From the NCBI GenBank assembly GCA_009914755.4, contig CP086569.2:18624001-18688000 (forward strand): a DNA stretch of 64,000 nt. The letters run 5' to 3'. The notes beneath the pieces are model-generated. The model saw nothing but the letters and a program-made list of their open reading frames with translations. It did not search any database and was not told the origin of the DNA. The translations under genes and the position numbers were made by a program. Each line of letters begins with the position of its first letter. The first letter of the stretch is position 1. Below, one piece after another: positions 1 through 12,593 of the stretch. Source of the DNA: the human T2T-CHM13v2.0 reference genome, Homo sapiens.

Positions 1-257
1 AGATGGAGTCTCACTCTCTCACCCAGGCTGGAGCGCTGTGGCACCACCTCCTGGATTCATGCCATTCTCCTGCCTCAGCCTCCTGAGTAGCTGGGATTAC
101 AGGCACCCGCCACCATGCCCAGCTAATTTTTTTTTTTTGTATTTTTAGTAGAGATGGGGTTTCACCGTGTTAGCCAGGATGGTCTTGATGTCCTGACCTT
201 GTGATCGGTCCACCTTGGCTTCCTAAAGTGCTGGGATTATAGCCACCGCACCTGGCC
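1..257 (-). mobile_element. Alu SINE (antisense; truncated by window edge)
   Basis: Reverse complement of Alu consensus: GGAGTCTCACTCT...GCCTCAGCCTCCTGAGTAGCTGGGATTACAGG...GGTTTCACCGTGTTAGCCAGGATGGTCT...AGCCACCGCACCTGGCC. Confidence 0.9.
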
Positions 258-2473
258 TACAGTTTACTTTCTAATTCTTGATTAACTGAACTGACTTCAC
301 TTTACTAACAGTTACCCTAACTTGAATCAAATGAACTTTACAAGAGCTTCTTAAAATCCTTCTGATTTACAGAAACCAAAGATTGAGTTAAGTAACCTTG
401 AAAATATAAAATCAATGTTTTCTAAAAAGTGTGCTTCTTTTTACAATTTTCTGGAGAGATAGTTCAATACTGTTAATTGCTGAAAGGTGCCTGAGACTAG
501 ATTTTAAGATATTCAACAGCATTTCTAGCCTCTTGGCACTAGAGGCTAGTAATAATCTTACCAATTCCACTTCCAGTCATGAACTTGGCTTAGAGTAAAA
601 CTAATGTAAAATCTACTGACCTATGGAAATCCTAGACAATCACATCGACTGTGTGTTTCCCCTATAATCTCATTGTCTACAGTCATTTTCCTTCCATAGT
701 CTGTTCCATCCACAGTGACCTGGTTGTTTTTCAAACAATTTATGCAGGCTTCTGCCAGAGATCATCACACTTGTAAATCTTGCTGCATGCCTACATAATT
801 ATTCCCTTATTGTTTTATTTAGATAGGTACTTGAAAGTCACTTTGTAAACAAATAATTGTATACATGTTTTACATAAAACCAAGTTGTAATTCATAATAC
901 TGAATATTGTCCTTGCCTTTTATATGAAATTGATAACATCAATTAATAAAAAGCAAACAACAAACTTCATACTGTAACCACTAAAACAAAAACCTAACAA
1001 TTAGAAACACCAATTAGAAGTGTAAAATTCAATTTAAGCATTTTAAACAATATTTTCATGGGACAAATAATAGATCTCCTAAATAAAAATAAACTCTGAC
1101 ATTACAAAACAATCAGTGCTTCCCACATAAAAATGAGGGCAAAACTGCAGGGCTGGCAGCAGATTCAAACCATTCAAAGAAACATCAAACCAATCAAAAA
1201 CTGTCTGAACCCTGTAAATCAGTGGTTTGTATCAATCAAGAAACCATCAAAAGAGACAATTTTAAAGTAGTAAATATTTTTTTGGATTGCCATACTACCT
1301 CCCAGGCACAGATGAAGGCTTCGAAATTGAAATCTGCATTTTCCATTTCAGGCCCTGGTTCCTAATTCTGGGAGGAGTGAAGAAGCACTTGTGTGCTAAT
1401 TTATTGCGTTTGTTGTAGTCTTTCTAGAAGAAAAATAAAGAATTGATGAAACGTATTTATTTCTGTTTTGTCAAACTCAGAAGTCACTCTTGGTTGAAAA
1501 TACCAGGAATTGGTCACAAACAAAATGTTAAGTTGTTGAAAGCAATAATACAGTTATTTCATACAATAGACAATACAACAGATTTGTTAATACAGATCAA
1601 GTTTTTAAAAAAATAATAGTTTTTATATTGCTGTTATTCGTAATGCTAATGGAATGCATTCTAAGCTATCAATAACTAAAAAAAAACACCTTAGAGAAAT
1701 CAAGAAAATCTATATCTTGTAAAAATAATACTCAAGCAAAAAATGTCTAGATATAGAAAATCTAAAAGAATGTGTGATTAACCATTCCCTAAAAAAAAAT
1801 GCTATTACTATTGCAATCCTGGCAAAGTTAGCTATTACTATTACAGATCTCATAAGCAGCTATTACATAAAAATTTACAAATTTACATTAATGGACACTC
1901 AGGGTGTACAGATATAATCTGACTCAATTTATATTGAGAAAGATAGAAAAGTACAGGAGCAGCATATATTTATAGTGTTGAAATTAAAATTTTGATTATT
2001 CAAACAAGTTAATATTATTCAAAGAAGATTATATTATGTTTAGAATATAATTAAAATCCCAAATATAACTAATAATGACATGAAAATAATAAAAAAGGTT
2101 TAAAAAGTTAACTTTTTTTAATGGACAAAGGATTAATTGAGGATCAAATAAGAAAAATAACATAAAAAAAGTAAATAAATGTCACAGTAAGTAATTTTTT
2201 TGCTTGTAATAACTGTAAATGTGAGCTCTTACATAAAAACACACAGACCGGCACAGATGCACCTTTAAAAGAAAAATTCACAAACGTGATGTCTATGCAC
2301 GTCTTACTTTAGGTTCAAAGAAACAGAGATTGAAACTAAAATAATACAGGTTCTTGGGAAAGCATGACAAATTATTTTCAAACTTAGAAAAAAAATTCTG
2401 AGCCAGGTTCAGTGTCTCTCAGGAAAAAAAAAAATTTGGAGATGAAAATAAAACAACTGACATTAAAATTCAT

Positions 2474-2982
<509 letters not shown>

Positions 2983-2989
2983 TTATTAA

Positions 2990-3600
2990 GTCAAGAGGAG
3001 AAAAAAATAAAGAAATATGAAAACATCTAGAAACCAGTGTGACACCATCAAGCAGACCTACTTATGCCTCTTAGAAATTCAAGGAGAAGAGACAAAGAAA
3101 TAGGGAGACTAAAAAAAAGTGGTCAAAAATGTTACAAATTTAAGGTAATAAATATCTAAGAAACTCCACAAACTCCAAGTAAAATAAACTCAAAGAAACA
3201 CACTCAAACATACATGATAGTTAAACGGTCTAAAACAAAGACAAAGAGAATCTTGAAAGCAGCGAGAGAAATCTTGACTAGTATTGTACAAAAAACCCTC
3301 ATAAATAATAGGGGAATGTCTAAAAATTCAGAGTAGCCTCATATATTCCAAGTGCAGTAAGAAAAAACTTTCAAAGAGAAATGTTATGTTTAAACAAAGT
3401 GTCCATCAAAAGTGAGTGAGAAGTTATGAAATTCCCAAATAAAAGCCACATTCTTTTGCCAGTAGACAACCATTTAAGAAATGCCTTATGGATTATTCCG
3501 GGGTAAAATGAAAGGACACTGAACAGAAATATTAATAAACAAAGAATAAAGTACAGATAAATATATGAACAACTACAAAAGATAAAAAAAAATGTGTACC
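2990..3600 (+). mobile_element. Ancient L1 (L1M-like) fragment, ORF1 C-terminal / inter-ORF region
   Basis: Translates to L1 ORF1-like motifs (…ILKAAREK…). The string AAATGAAAGGACACTGAACAGAAATATTAATAAACAAAG matches the L1M inter-ORF consensus as I recall it. Confidence 0.45.
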
Positions 3601-4149
3601 TTCACAATATGTTCTCCACATAATTTAATACACTATTTTATTTTAAAAAACTCACTAGCTTGTGTTTTTGAGATAGAATGCATATTGTTATCATTTTGAG
3701 AACTCAGTAATTGAAATAAAGCAGGCCATGCTATAAAGGAGTAAGAGTTTTTTATGTTAACTGAGAATAAACTAATGTGATTTCAGTGTTTTACTTTTAG
3801 AATGTTCAATATAATCACTGGAGCAACTACAAAGCAAAGAGTTATAGCCAGGTAGAAAGCTCTCTGCACTACACCAGAAAGTAGGAGTACCTGAGGCTAC
3901 CTTGTCAGACACCTTGGCATGATAAACAGAACCCTGAGCTGTCCCAACATGGAATAAGTGAGGAGATACTAAGGCAAATAGCATAGCTGCTTCTTCACAC
4001 AACTTTTACTACACCAGTGGCCACAAAGCGGAACAGGCTCATCCATACCCAGGGCTGGTGCAGAAATGGAGGCAGAAAGCAGTGACTATGTGGAGACTCA
4101 ACAGAAAGAAAAATGACACAATAATGGCTCCAATTCTATCTCTTCCTTC

Positions 4150-5729
4150 ATGGCATCCCAGGAGTTTGAGATTGAAACTGTTGTTGACGAAAGACAAGAC
4201 AAAAATGGGAAGGCAGAGTATTTCATTCAGTGGAAAGGCTGTGACAAACAGGATAACACTTGGGGAGTGGAGCAGCACTTCATAAACTGTGAAAAATGTA
4301 TTTATGACTTTAACAGATGACAGATTAAAAAACAGAAAAAGAAGGACACGGACTGGAAACAAGCAGAACATTGTCAAGCAAGGCCATAAAAGGAACTTCC
4401 AGATCTACCAACTCCAACTTTTTTAAGAACCTTCCTAAAACGCTAGTGACTTGCAAACACACATCCAAAAACTGCCAGTTGTTTGCTACCAACCACAACG
4501 CTAGGAGAAACACAGCTTCACCTCTCTTCGACCCAAGGAATATGGAGCTAAGAAATTAAACTATCAAGACACTTGCACTTTTAACAGCAAGAACACAGTG
4601 GATTTCAATAACTCGGGAAACTGGATCCTATTTTGCTGGATCAGCAGGACACCATGGTGCTCAAGGTGGCAGCTGAGAACCCCTTCAGGGCTGTATTATG
4701 TCCTGGTGCAGAACAGACTGGAGGAGAAAACAGGTGCAAGATACACCCACTAATGTCTCAGGGGTCTGGCTTGGTTACTGCTTCCATGGTTACAGGCCTA
4801 GCCAGCAAAGAAGGTACATTGGTATAAGCAATTCCACGAACAGCCAACAGAACAAAAAACTTGCATATATTTGTTCCAAGTGTGAGAGGGGGGCAAAGAA
4901 AGATTATTGATGATGAAAAAGACCAGCCTTTTGTCAAAAGCATGTATTTTACCATAAGGCTAACAGAAAATGCCAGTAGACTCGGAGACATTTCGGTGAG
5001 GGAAAATGATGGCTTTACCCAGAAACTATCAACAAGATTGACAGAGAATAACTCACTAAATATAGAAGTAATGAAAAAAATCAAGAATGTTCTGCATAGG
5101 GCTGCTGCAGATGACAGGAAGTTTATGCTGCCCACTCCAGCTGGTTGTGTCCTTTGCTGAGGTCTTGATTTTGTGTGTATTTAAGAAATGACAGAAACAG
5201 AGCAAGCATTGAAATAGTGGATACCATAAAGAACACTGTGAATAATTTCATTCAGTTTGATAAGCCAATTGTATCAGCCAATAGCCCAGCCATTTGACTA
5301 GCTGCATCCATACTGCCTCTTTGTGATTTGGTTAAAAGGCTTGGTTTTAAACCCCTTCTGTGACTTTTGGACCGACCCCAGGTGGCTTGTTTACCATTAA
5401 ATTTCACAAGATGATGGATGAAGCATCGGCCAAGGTAATGTTGATTGGTGGGAGAAAGCTGAAAGCATGGGAGGCATGTGCCACAGACCTGGTCTCTCAG
5501 GTGTCTTGAACTGTAACTTTTCCCCCAAGTGGTTATGATACAAATTAAGGGATTTGCTTCATATAATTCAGTTGTGCTAGAGAAAAATAATGCCCTTATT
5601 TACTGTAACATTAAGATGAAGTTGAAAGAGGCCAATGAGAGAGAGTGATGTGCCAAAAAAATCTGAATCTGAGCACAAGGAATAGAATCTATGTTCAAGT
5701 ATATGCAAAGGAAAATTGATAAGTTTTAA
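4150..5729 (+). pseudogene. CDY/CDYL-family (chromodomain Y-like) intronless retrocopy pseudogene: N-terminal chromodomain plus C-terminal enoyl-CoA hydratase/crotonase-like domain, with stops and frameshifts
   Basis: ATG at 4150 gives MASQEFEIETVVDERQDKNGKAEYFIQWKGCDKQDNTWGVEQHFINCEKCIYDFNR then a stop (CDY/CDYL chromodomain). Downstream frames give ...RSTNSNF..KNLPKTLVTCKHTSKNCQLFA..., ...PILLDQQDTMVLKVAAENP...GAEQTGGENRCKIHPLMSQGSGLVTASMVTGLASKEG..., ...SVRGGQRKIIDDEKDQPFVKSMYFTIRLTENASRLGDISVRENDGFTQKLSTRLTENNSLNIEVMKKIKNVLHRAAADDRKFML..., and a C-terminal ...KYMQRKIDKF then stop at 5727-5729. Several frame breaks. Contiguous (no introns), so derived from mRNA. Confidence 0.8.
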
Positions 5730-6646
5730 TAGTCAGTCTGTCTGCTCAGGACACAAAAACTGAGCTGAGCAAAATACATCATTAGCTGCAAGATTGATTA
5801 ATTTATTTTAATAGCCCTAAACAATATCACGCATTCCTGCTATGGGTGAGCCAGGCACAGAGTAGAGAGAGATCTTTGAATGAGCAACTGTTGAGTCCAG
5901 CCACTTGCCACCTCCAAGCATGTCAGCTGTGATAAGGTGAGAAGTTCCAGGTACCAGATCAGGAGCCAGGTCCCTACTTATTTTTGGCTGGATCAGGCAT
6001 ACCATAACCTGTTTCCTCCAGAGGCACTCAGGAATGCCATGGCATCCAGAAGCTTAGAAATTCCAGAAACTGCAAAGACCCAAAGATTGTGTTACAGACC
6101 TGGCTTAGAAAAGGTTTCAGCCTGGGTTCTTTAAGGGCTGAACCTCTTCTATCTTTTTTTTTCCTGTAATCAACAATATTGTAAGTGTGGGTTTCTGTGT
6201 TTCAGCCTTGTGCACCATTAAGTGGGTCGTGAGTTCTTGATGCATATCCAGGGAGAATGAGGTATTTGGACAACAGGAGAATAATCAAGGTAAATAGATG
6301 CTTTATTGGATGAAGGTACAGCTCTCAAGAGAGAAAATGGGTAACTGCATTTCAAAAACAGGACATATCTACATCTGTGCAAGACTCAGTGAAGACAGGA
6401 GCGAGAGTGAACAGTTTCAGTGGAAAAGCAGGTTTTTAAAACATCTCTGAAGGCCTCAGTGGAGAGAAGCTTCAGAGTGGGTAGCTTCTATCTGCAGGAA
6501 GTTTGTTGAGATGTATCTGCAGCTTTAAGTTTGGAGGAGACTTATCTATTTGCAGCCATGCAATCCCAAGAAGTGTACAACCCACAGCAGAGAAGTGGCA
6601 TATAGTTGGTAGCTCCACTTTAAGTCAAGTTATTTCAAAATCTGAT

Positions 6647-6930
6647 GCTGGGCATGGTGGCTCACTTGTGTGTTCCCAGCACTTCGGGAGGCCAAGGCCG
6701 ATGAATCACTTGAGGTTCAAATTCAAGGCCAGCCTGACAAACATAGAGAAACCCCATCTCTAATAAAAATACAAAATTAGTTAAGTGTGATGGTGTATGC
6801 CTTTAATCCCAGCTACTCAGGAGCTGAGGCAAGACAATCACTTGAAAGTGGGAAGTGGAGGTTGTGGTAAGGCGAGTTCACACCATAGTACTCCAGTCAT
6901 GGCAACAAGAGCGAAACGCTGTCTCCAAAA
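6647..6930 (+). mobile_element. Alu SINE (older subfamily) with (AAAT)n tail 6931-6988
   Basis: GCTGGGCATGGTGGCTCACTTGTGTGTTCCCAGCACTTCGGGAGGCCAAGGC ... CCAGCTACTCAGGAGCTGAGGCAAGACAATCACTTGAA ... then AAATAAATAAATAAAT. Confidence 0.85.
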
Positions 6931-7074
6931 ACAAATAAATAAATAAATAAATACATAAAATGAATAAACAAATAAATAAATAAATAATCTAAATTCGTAT
7001 GGAGTACATATGAGCTTCAGAAGGCAGAAAGAGTGTGCTGATTCTTCCATGGGTTGAGATGGGTGAAAAAGACA

Positions 7075-8395
7075 TCTAACCCTAAATATATCCCCTAATA
7101 CTAATGCTGAAACACTAACAATAACCCTGAAGCCCTAACCCTAATCCTCATATAAACCCAACCTGAACCATTAACAAAACATATCGCTAGCCATAAATGT
7201 AACCCTACCCCAACCCATAACGCTGTACATATCCCTACACCAACCCCTAACCCTAAACCTACCCCTAACCCTAAATCTACCCTAAACCCTAACACTCACC
7301 AAAACCCTAACCTAAATACTAAACCAAACCTAACTCTAACACTAATTTTAGACAATGAACCCTAACCCCTAACTCTAACTCTAATCCCTAAAGCTAACTT
7401 CGTACCTCATCCTAAATGCAACCTTGACTGTAACCATAATACTAAAATGTGAACCTTAAAAATGTAAGCTAACACCTAACCAATATCCCTAATCAAATCT
7501 ACCCTAACCCTAATTCTAACCATACATTGACCATACCCCTAATCTTAAAACCCTGACACTAACACTACTCCTAACTCTAACCCACAACCTCAAATGCAAC
7601 TGCAACCATAGCTCTAACACTGAAACCTAAACTCTAACTATAATCCTATACAATAAGCCCAATCCCAAATTTAACCCTAAACCTAACCCCACTGTAACAC
7701 TAAATCTAAACCCTGACACCAGGCCAAACCCTAACCCCTTCTCCTAACCCTAAGCTGACCCTAAGCCTAATTGCTAAACAATAACCCTAAAAATAAAACT
7801 GAACCTTAAACACTAACTGTAAGGCTAAACTGAAACCCTAACCAGGACATGAACCCTAAATGCTAAACCAAATCTTTATTCTTATCCTAACACTAACCCT
7901 AAACCCAAACCCTAACACTAATGCACTAACCCTCTTACCTTAACCCTCACTGTCACCTCAACTTTCACCTTTGGCACTAATCCTAATCCTCACCATGATG
8001 TTAACCCAGAACCTAACCCTACACTAACCCCAATCTCTAACTGTAAGCCTATTTCTTACTCTAAACCTAAACATAACCTGATCTTAAAATTAACAGCTAA
8101 TTCTGATTCTAACCCTAGCCTTAAACATAACACCAACTACCCCTGTCCCTAATCCTAATCCTAACCATAACCCTAATCCTACCACAACACTAACCTCTAA
8201 TCCAACCCCAGACCTAACCCTCAATCTAAACTTATTTCTGCAATTGTAAACCCCTATCCCTAATCCCAAACTTCTATCCCATTCTTAATGTCATCCTATC
8301 ACCCTTCAAAAGAATTTTAAATATATTGTCTGTGACTCTCATCTCTAACCCCTAATGCCCATAAGAGTATACTAAACCTTAACTATTATTAACTC
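7075..8395 (+). repeat. Highly degenerate telomere-like hexamer array: (CCCTAA)n / (TTAGGG)n-derived, single orientation, about 1.3 kb (interstitial telomeric sequence)
   Basis: Continuous run of CCCTAA, ACCCTAA, CCCTAACCCTAAACCTACCCCTAACCCTAAATCTACCCTAAACCCTAACACTCACC and many variants (CTAACC, CCTAATC, TCTAAC). All on one strand, with no interspersed unique spacers. Confidence 0.85.
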
Positions 8396-10044
8396 CAATT
8401 GAAAATTGAATTAAGCAGATGATACAACTGGGACAAAACTCTAAATGTTAATAAATATGATAATTAGATACATTATAATGTTTAACAAAATAATAGTACA
8501 TGAAATTTGCTACATGGGGAAGACATTATGCACCTCAATAATTATGTTCATTTTTTAGAAAATTTAGGGTTTGTTTGTTTGTCTTTAACATTCTGAAGCC
8601 ATCGTTTTTCAATGTACCATGTAAACTAAATGATGGGAAAACAGTACATGTTTATCTCAACTGTTACAGAAAATACTTAAAGTTAGTCAACATATTTAAT
8701 GTTAACAACATCCAATAAACTGTGTTTCAAATTTCTTTCATATGATAAAACATCTTTATGCAAAACCTGTAACAATCAGCATCTGAATTGTTGGGAACAA
8801 AAACTTTAAGATGAGGAGCACAGCACTGATGCACACTTTCATCATTGTATTTGATACAGTACTAGAAGTTCCATCCAAAATAATTGGAAGAGAAAAATAT
8901 ATACGAAGCTATTGATATGTGGAAAAATAAAAGTAAAACTATCTACTCATGGATCTCATGATCTCATATACAGAAAATAAGAAAACAACAAGAAATAATA
9001 AAATCTAGTAAACAAATTAAACAAACATACAGTATAAAATATCGATACACTAAAATCTATTTCTACACACTAGCAATAAACCATATGAAAATGAAATTAA
9101 CACAATAATTTTGTTTGTAAAAACAACAAGCTGTGTGTCATCCAACTTCCCTGGAATGCACAGCATCATGCAGCTAGGGGTGAAGGGTGGCCTTGGGGTG
9201 GAGTCTGCATTGCTATATTGGGACCTGTGCTGCACTCTCCGTGGGGCTAACCAGAAACTACTCATGTTCTGGGGGAGTCGAAGTAGAAACATGTAAGTAC
9301 CTAATGGATGGCGAGTAGAAAATCTAGTCATTTTGAAAGCCCTAATGCCACCATGTCAAATGGATATCTTCAGAGTCATAAATTTATGGTAAAAAGAGAA
9401 CATGCATGAACATCAGCAACAAAGAAAGTCATACTGAGTGGCCCAGGTCATTTTGCTGAGAAGAAAAGCATTGAGGTTAATTTGGAGGCATCCCTTCACA
9501 AGTGCTGCCAAAAGCACGGACATATTTTAACAAAATGTTTCACTACGCCTACAGCTCCATAGAAATTTCTAAATTCCCATTTCACCTGAAACTGCAGTAG
9601 AACTGTTGATGACTGTAAACTTTCAAGATTGTATATAAATACAATTAATTGATAGGATAAAATAAATTATAATAAACTGTTAATTTTTTTCAGTGTTTAA
9701 GATCTGTAGTTCAGTTTTTTTTTTTTTTTATAAATAGCACATTCCCTGTGTGAAGGGGCCTATAAAATTAATTGCAAAGAAGATTCTCTTCTGTTTTTTG
9801 CATAACAGAATTGAAATTTTTTTGCATCGTGAAAAAACTAAGGACATTTTCCCAAACAGAGAAATAAACAAATATGCCAATTCACAGGTGATTTTGCCTT
9901 ATCCCTTGAATGTGACTTTAAAATGAGTAATGTCAACACAGAAAATGATGAAAATTAGGCACAAATAAAAAATTGCATTATATACATGTTCATAACTTAG
10001 CCTAAAGATTGATTTTTATCTAACCCTAACATAAATGTTTTATT

Positions 10045-10334
10045 GATGCCTATAATCTCAGCACTTCTTGAGGCCAAGGCAGGCAGACCACTTGAGTTCA
10101 GACATTTGAGACATGTCCAGGCAACATGGCAAACCTTTGTCTCTACCAAAAAATACAAAAAGTTAGCCAGAGATGATAGCTGAGTCTAAGGTGGAGGATC
10201 AGTTCAGCTTGGCAGTTAGAGGCTGCAGCGAGCCAGGATGGCAATTCCGCACTTCAGGCTGGGAAAAAGAATGAGACCCTGTCTCCAGAAAAAAAAAAAA
10301 AAAAAAAAAAAAAAGAAGAAGAAGAAGAAAAGGA
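10045..10334 (+). mobile_element. Alu SINE (AluJ-like, diverged) with poly(A)/(GAA)n tail from 10289
   Basis: GCCTATAATCTCAGCACTTCTTGAGGCCAAGGCAGGCAGACCACTTGAG ... GAGGCTGCAGCGAGCCAGGATGGCAATTCCGCACTTCAGGCTGGGAAAAAGAATGAGACCCTGTCTCC A(25) GAAGAAGAAGAAAA. Confidence 0.8.
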
Positions 10335-11857
10335 ATAAGAGTTGAAATTTTTTATGTCCTGTGATAAACCTCAGTATTGTGTAACATTGTCTTTTCATTT
10401 TGTTTACTGCTACAATTTAAGAACTTTACTTAAAAACAATTTGGGAAGGTTACTAGGTACAATATTTGAAGAAGCAACAGAACTATACCCCGATGGTCAA
10501 TGAGTCAACTATATGACTTACAAGCAAAGCATCCCTGACAACTTTAAAAAGAGAAAGAATAAAAGATCTGGCAAAGTGTGGTGGCTTAGGATTTTTAGTG
10601 TTCGATTTTTTTTTTAATTTAAGAAATCCCTTTTTACTCTTAGATTAATTATAATTTATAACAATTTAATAGGTTATAGTTTTTTAAATAGAAGTGAAAC
10701 ACTTGTAAAAAAAAATAACTCTCACGTCCCCCCACCCACCACAGTCATCTGAATGGACCCCTCCTTTTGACCAAAGGCATTCCAAAAGTGGTTCAGTTCC
10801 CGACAAGAAAGAGGGACACACATGATTCATTACACGCTCCTCCCTTTTGAACTTTAGAAAAAGTTGACCATCATTAACAGCAATGCATACCTTAAGTCTG
10901 ATAAGGAATATTTACCTTCTATTCTCTCAAGCCTGCTACATGGAGGCTTCATCATCATGATAAAACTTTGGTCTCTACAGTCCTTACTATTTATTGTAAC
11001 CCAGTCATCCCTATCTGTTGATTTTATGTTTTTAGATAATAACTTAACTCTTTCAGCCAACTGCCAATGAAAACATATTTAAATCTACCTGTAACTTGAA
11101 AGTGCAGCCCCATCGCTATTTTCAAGTTGTCCATCCTTTCTTGACCAAACTAATGTACATCTTACATGTGTTTGACTGATGTCTCATGTCTCCTGAAAAT
11201 GCATAAATATAGACTGTGCACACACCACCTGGGGCACATGTTCTCAAGATCTCCTGAGTATGGCTGTGTCATGGACCATTTGTCACTGATATTTGGCTCA
11301 GAATTCTTCAATTAATTTTATGTTTTAATATCAAAGGTTGATACTGTTAGTATATCTCAGCTAATGTAGGATGTCAACCTTTATAAAGTAGACATTTTCA
11401 TCACCATTACAAATCCACTCTCAATTAAACTGTGATTGTCTCAGGAAAAGAAAAAATGTTGTTAACCGGGCATATACCATATATTTAAACTTAAATAATA
11501 ATTCAGCTTCTAATATGCCTACTTAAAATTTTTTCTATATTGTTTCAACTACTTTAGTTCTCTAAGAAAAATGAGTCATTAAAGCATGAAAAAAGTGTTG
11601 TTGGAGGTTGTGATGTCTCCCCTGACCTCAGCCTGTCATAGTAGTTCCACTCAGCACCTCTCCTTTCTCTGTAACAGAATCTCCGCCAGAAACAAGCTCA
11701 GATCATCTGCAAACCACACTTTGGTAGCTGTGACAATGCGTGGTCACTGCCTCGCTCAAGGGACACTTTCGTAAAGTCAGAATTGGAGGCCAGGGCTGGG
11801 AAGTAAGGCTCAGAGCAGTGACCCTCCTCAGTTCTGGGTGCTGCAGACAGGGGGTCT

Positions 11858-12173
11858 TTTCCTCACCTGTCCACCAGATGTCTGAATGCCATGTCCTCTC
11901 CTGGGAGGGTCCTGAGGAGACGTCTTTATTCTCACCTGGTCGTAGCACCAGATGTCTTGTAGCAACGGCCACTCCTGGACATGTCCAGAAGAGAAAGAGA
12001 CTTCATCTTCATGGTGGACGCGACCCCAGGTGGGCCAAAGCTGCGGCCACTCTTGGGCGGGTCCTGAGATGAAGGAGGCTTAGTCTTCACTACGAACGTG
12101 CCTCAGGTGTCCCCAGGTACCCTGAAACCACGGCCTCTCTCCGGTGTGTCTTGAGGAGAAGGAAGTGCTATCC
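11858..12173. repeat. Degenerate tandem repeat (minisatellite-like), about 78 bp unit x 4, CpG-retaining
   Basis: Four successive units each starting TTC(C)TCAC / TTCATGG / TTCACTA. Shared internal motifs: ...CCAGATGTCT...GCC(A)CTC(C)TGG...GGTCCTGAG(G/A)AGA(A)G(G)AG(A)CTT(A)ATC. Retained CpGs (GACGCGACC, TACGAACGTG, CCGGTG) in an AT-rich, CpG-poor context. Confidence 0.6.
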
Positions 12174-12593
12174 GAGGCACTGTGAGGACACCCTGCTCCT
12201 CAGAGAGTTTGTTTGCGGGCTCTGCATGCTCAGTGCGTAGGCTCCGTGCACCCTCTGGTGGTAGCCTGGGAAAATTTCTGAAATTCGGGGTGGGTTAATC
12301 CAGGCGACAGTCTCAGGAAGTGGAAGTGAAATAGAGCCAACCTTCCCAAACCTTGAATGGGGATTAAAAAGAAGCAAAGGAGACGATCAATAGATAAAAC
12401 TCAACTGATTTTTTGTCTATCAGCAATCATGAATAGAAATCATTGGAATTTGAAATATTAAAACACCACTTACAATACTACCCAAAAAATTGAGTCCTTT
12501 AAGTATAAATGTAACAAAATATGCAGAATTCATTCAGTAAACAATAAGTCACCTTTGAGAGAAATCAACAGAAATATTAGTAAATGCAGAGAG

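Noticed and set aside
7101-7295. 64 aa ORF rich in GLGVGLGLGVGVG (minus strand)
   Set aside because: A translation of the telomere-like CCCTAA/TTAGGG-derived repeat. A periodic repeat artefact, not a coding gene.
7075-8395. Possible CRISPR-like array (regular short repeats)
   Set aside because: The repeats are contiguous degenerate hexamers with no unique spacers of regular length. This is eukaryotic DNA (Alu/L1 throughout), so a CRISPR interpretation is untenable.
10700-11580. Possible ERV LTR (TATA-like AAATATAGACTG, polyadenylation-like AATAAA motifs, LTR-like composition)
   Set aside because: I could not match it to a family or find clear TG…CA termini or TSDs. Left unannotated rather than guessed.
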